Shown here piece after piece: positions 62,005 to 64,000 of a stretch of DNA of 64,000 nt. The translations under genes and the position numbers were made by a program. The stretch is from an uncultured delta proteobacterium. Lineage in GTDB: Bacteria > Desulfobacterota > RBG-13-43-22. Where the stretch lies: assembly GCA_963743305.1 (NCBI GenBank), contig CAVUPH010000007.1:32001-96000 (forward strand). The letters are read 5' to 3'. The notes below the pieces were generated by a model. It did no database searches, was not told the origin of the DNA, and saw only the letters and a list, made by a program, of their open reading frames with translations. Numbering within the stretch: position 1 is the stretch's first letter; each line of letters opens with the position of its first letter.

Positions 62005-63705
62005 ATGTCGCCGGATCCGATCAACATAGTCATCGGTGGAGAGGCCGGTCAGGGTCTGAACACCATCGGGCAGCTCTTGACCATATCCCTGGTTCGAAGC
62101 GGGTATGAAGTCGTAGTCACCCAGGACTACCAATCCCGAATCCGGGGCGGACATAATACCTTTCGGGTCCGGGCCTCCACGGAATCCTTAGCGGCGCCCC
62201 AGGAGGCCATCGACCTCTTAGTGGCCCTGGACTCCGCGAGCGTGGACCTCCATCGACCGGAACTTTCCCCGCGGGGTATTATCCTGATCGATGGCGATTT
62301 ATCCTCCCCGGAAGACTGCTGCCGGAAGGTTCCCTTAAAGGAATTGGCGCCGGACCGCTATGCCAATATTACCGCCCTGGGGGTGGTCAGTACGCTGCTG
62401 GGCTTGCGGGAAGAAATCGTGCTTCAAGCCACGGCAGATTTTTTCGGCCATAAAAGCCCCCAGGCCGCCGAAGGAAATCGCCAGGCCCTCCAGGCCGCTT
62501 TTACCTGGACAAAAAAACAGTCCATTTCCTTTCCCGCCCTGCCGGAAACCAGTCGTTCCGTCTCGAAACTGATCCTCACCGGGAATGAGGCGGTGGCCTT
62601 AGGGGCGCTGTCCGCGGGGCTGAAATTTTTTGCCTTTTATCCCATGAGCCCTTCCACCTCCATTGGTCTGACCCTGGCGGCTCAGGCCAAGAAGATGGGG
62701 CTGGTGGTGGAGCAGGCCGAGGATGAAATCGCCGCCATCAACCTGGCCCTGGGGGCCTCTTTCGCCGGGGCGCCCAGTATGGTGGCCACCTCCGGGGGAG
62801 GGTTTGCCCTGATGACCGAGGGGGTTAGCTTGGCGGGAATGACCGAAACCCCCATCGTGATCGTGGTGGCCCAACGGCCCGGTCCGGCTACCGGTTTGCC
62901 CACCCGCACCGAACAGGGGGACCTGGAATTCGTTCTCCATTCCGGGCACGGGGAGTTTCCCCGGGCCGTTTTCACGCCCGGATCGGTGGAGGAATGTTTT
63001 CTCCTGGCCCGAAAAGCCTTGGAACTGGCCGAGCGATCGCAGGGACCGGTGTTTATTCTGACCGATCAGTTCTTGGCCGATTCCTACCGAGCGGTAGACC
63101 CTTTTGACCTATCCCAACTCCCCCCTATCCTCCCCCGAACCACCCCGGCGATCAGCGAACCCTATCTTCGGTATGCCCTGACGGAGAGCGGCGTCTCACC
63201 GCGGCTCTATCCCGGGCTGTCCGATCACCTGGTGGTGGCTGACAGCGACGAACATACGGAAGACGGACACCTGACCGAAGACCTAACCGTCCGGATAAAA
63301 ATGGTCGATAAAAGAGGGCGAAAGCTGAGGATGATCCAGGAAGCGGCGGTTCCCCCGGAATTCAAGGGTGAACCCCGACCGGATCTTTTATTGGTTACCT
63401 GGGGTTCCGGTCGAGGGGCGGTCTGGGAGACGGTTTCCCTGTTAAACCTCCGGGGGAAGCGAACGGCCATGCTTCATTTTTCTCAAGTCTGGCCTCTGAT
63501 TCCCTTTCAGTTTTTATCCCTCCTTCATGAAGCCGGGGAAATCATAGGCGTCGAAATGAATGCCACTGGACAGTTCAGTCGCCTCCTCCGGCGGGAGACC
63601 GGGGTGACCATCAAAAAAACGATCCTTCGCTATGACGGCTCACCCCTCACCCCGGAATACCTCCTCCGGGAATTGGAACAGCGCCAATGGTTGGTGGACT
63701 CGTAA
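62005..63705 (+). CDS. 2-oxoacid:ferredoxin oxidoreductase alpha subunit (gamma-alpha fusion)
   Basis: GGEAGQG, SRIRGGHN, YPMSPST, QAEDEIAA, TSGGGFALM, GPATGLPT. Confidence 0.93.
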   Translation: MSPDPINIVIGGEAGQGLNTIGQLLTISLVRSGYEVVVTQDYQSRIRGGHNTFRVRASTESLAAPQEAIDLLVALDSASVDLHRPELSPRGIILIDGDLSSPEDCCRKVPLKELAPDRYANITALGVVSTLLGLREEIVLQATADFFGHKSPQAAEGNRQALQAAFTWTKKQSISFPALPETSRSVSKLILTGNEAVALGALSAGLKFFAFYPMSPSTSIGLTLAAQAKKMGLVVEQAEDEIAAINLALGASFAGAPSMVATSGGGFALMTEGVSLAGMTETPIVIVVAQRPGPATGLPTRTEQGDLEFVLHSGHGEFPRAVFTPGSVEECFLLARKALELAERSQGPVFILTDQFLADSYRAVDPFDLSQLPPILPRTTPAISEPYLRYALTESGVSPRLYPGLSDHLVVADSDEHTEDGHLTEDLTVRIKMVDKRGRKLRMIQEAAVPPEFKGEPRPDLLLVTWGSGRGAVWETVSLLNLRGKRTAMLHFSQVWPLIPFQFLSLLHEAGEIIGVEMNATGQFSRLLRRETGVTIKKTILRYDGSPLTPEYLLRELEQRQWLVDS

Positions 63706-63852
63706 GAAGTCCATCGACCATTGGCCCGAGCGCGACTAAGCGCCGGGCTGGGGTAGGGGTGGTACCATTGGAATTCACTTCCAATGGCGGGGGAGGGGAA
63801 ACCATCCCCCGCCGAGCAGAAAGTCGTATTTTGACTTTTTGCGAGGTCATTA
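63691..63852. mobile_element. ~160-bp MITE-like element between OFOR alpha and beta genes
   Basis: Left end TTGGTGGACTCGTAAGAAGTC vs right end (rc) TTAATGACCTCGCAAAAAGTC; internal hairpins. Confidence 0.6.
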
Positions 63853-64000
63853 ATGGTTGATGTAGAAGAATTCGGAACCTTCGAAACGGCCTGGTGCCCG
63901 GGTTGCGGCAATCACGCGCTGCTCTCGGCGGTGAAGAAGGCCCTCTCCGAGGAAGGGCTCAAACCGCGTCAAGTGCTGTTTGTCTCGGGGATCGGTCAGG
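63853..64000 (+). CDS. 2-oxoacid:ferredoxin oxidoreductase beta subunit (runs off window end)
   Basis: MVDVEEFGTFETAWCPGCGNH..VLFVSGIGQ. Confidence 0.9.
   Translation, partial: MVDVEEFGTFETAWCPGCGNHALLSAVKKALSEEGLKPRQVLFVSGIGQ

Overview
GC-rich bacterial chromosome segment; gene order and intergenic repeats suggest an anaerobic Desulfobacterota/'deltaproteobacterial' genome (inference). Most of it is conserved housekeeping DNA: lutABC, fabH, ahcY, metK, panCD, yceD-rpmF-plsX...fabG-acpP-fabF, rpiB-glyA-nrdR-rib-nusB, leuS-lptE, rpsT, hisB/hisA, rpsU-dnaG-rpoD, nif3-rnhA-rnpB-ispDF-cysS, fur-rubrerythrin and 2-oxoacid:ferredoxin oxidoreductase. It also carries tRNA-Ala(CGC), tRNA-Ile2(CAT), RNase P RNA and a probable pan RNA leader. 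There are two accessory zones: a two-component cluster with an IS256 remnant at the left edge (1-2400), and a ~15.4 kb block between rpoD and tRNA-Ile2 (mdtABC-OMF efflux with a frameshifted mdtC, an internally deleted degP, small membrane proteins, Spy/CpxP). The most unusual items are: (1) a PTS Enzyme I with intact catalytic residues fused to an N-terminal multi-pass membrane domain, followed by a membrane protein with a Cys/His C-terminal domain, a candidate membrane-sensing PEP phosphorelay; (2) an acyl-CoA dehydrogenase + ferredoxin-fused EtfAB where fabH-fabD normally lie in the fatty-acid synthesis operon; (3) two dispersed repeat/MITE families, one overlapping stop codons; (4) an orphan sigma70 promoter with a downstream hairpin, a candidate sRNA. 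No CRISPR array, prophage or intact transposase was seen.
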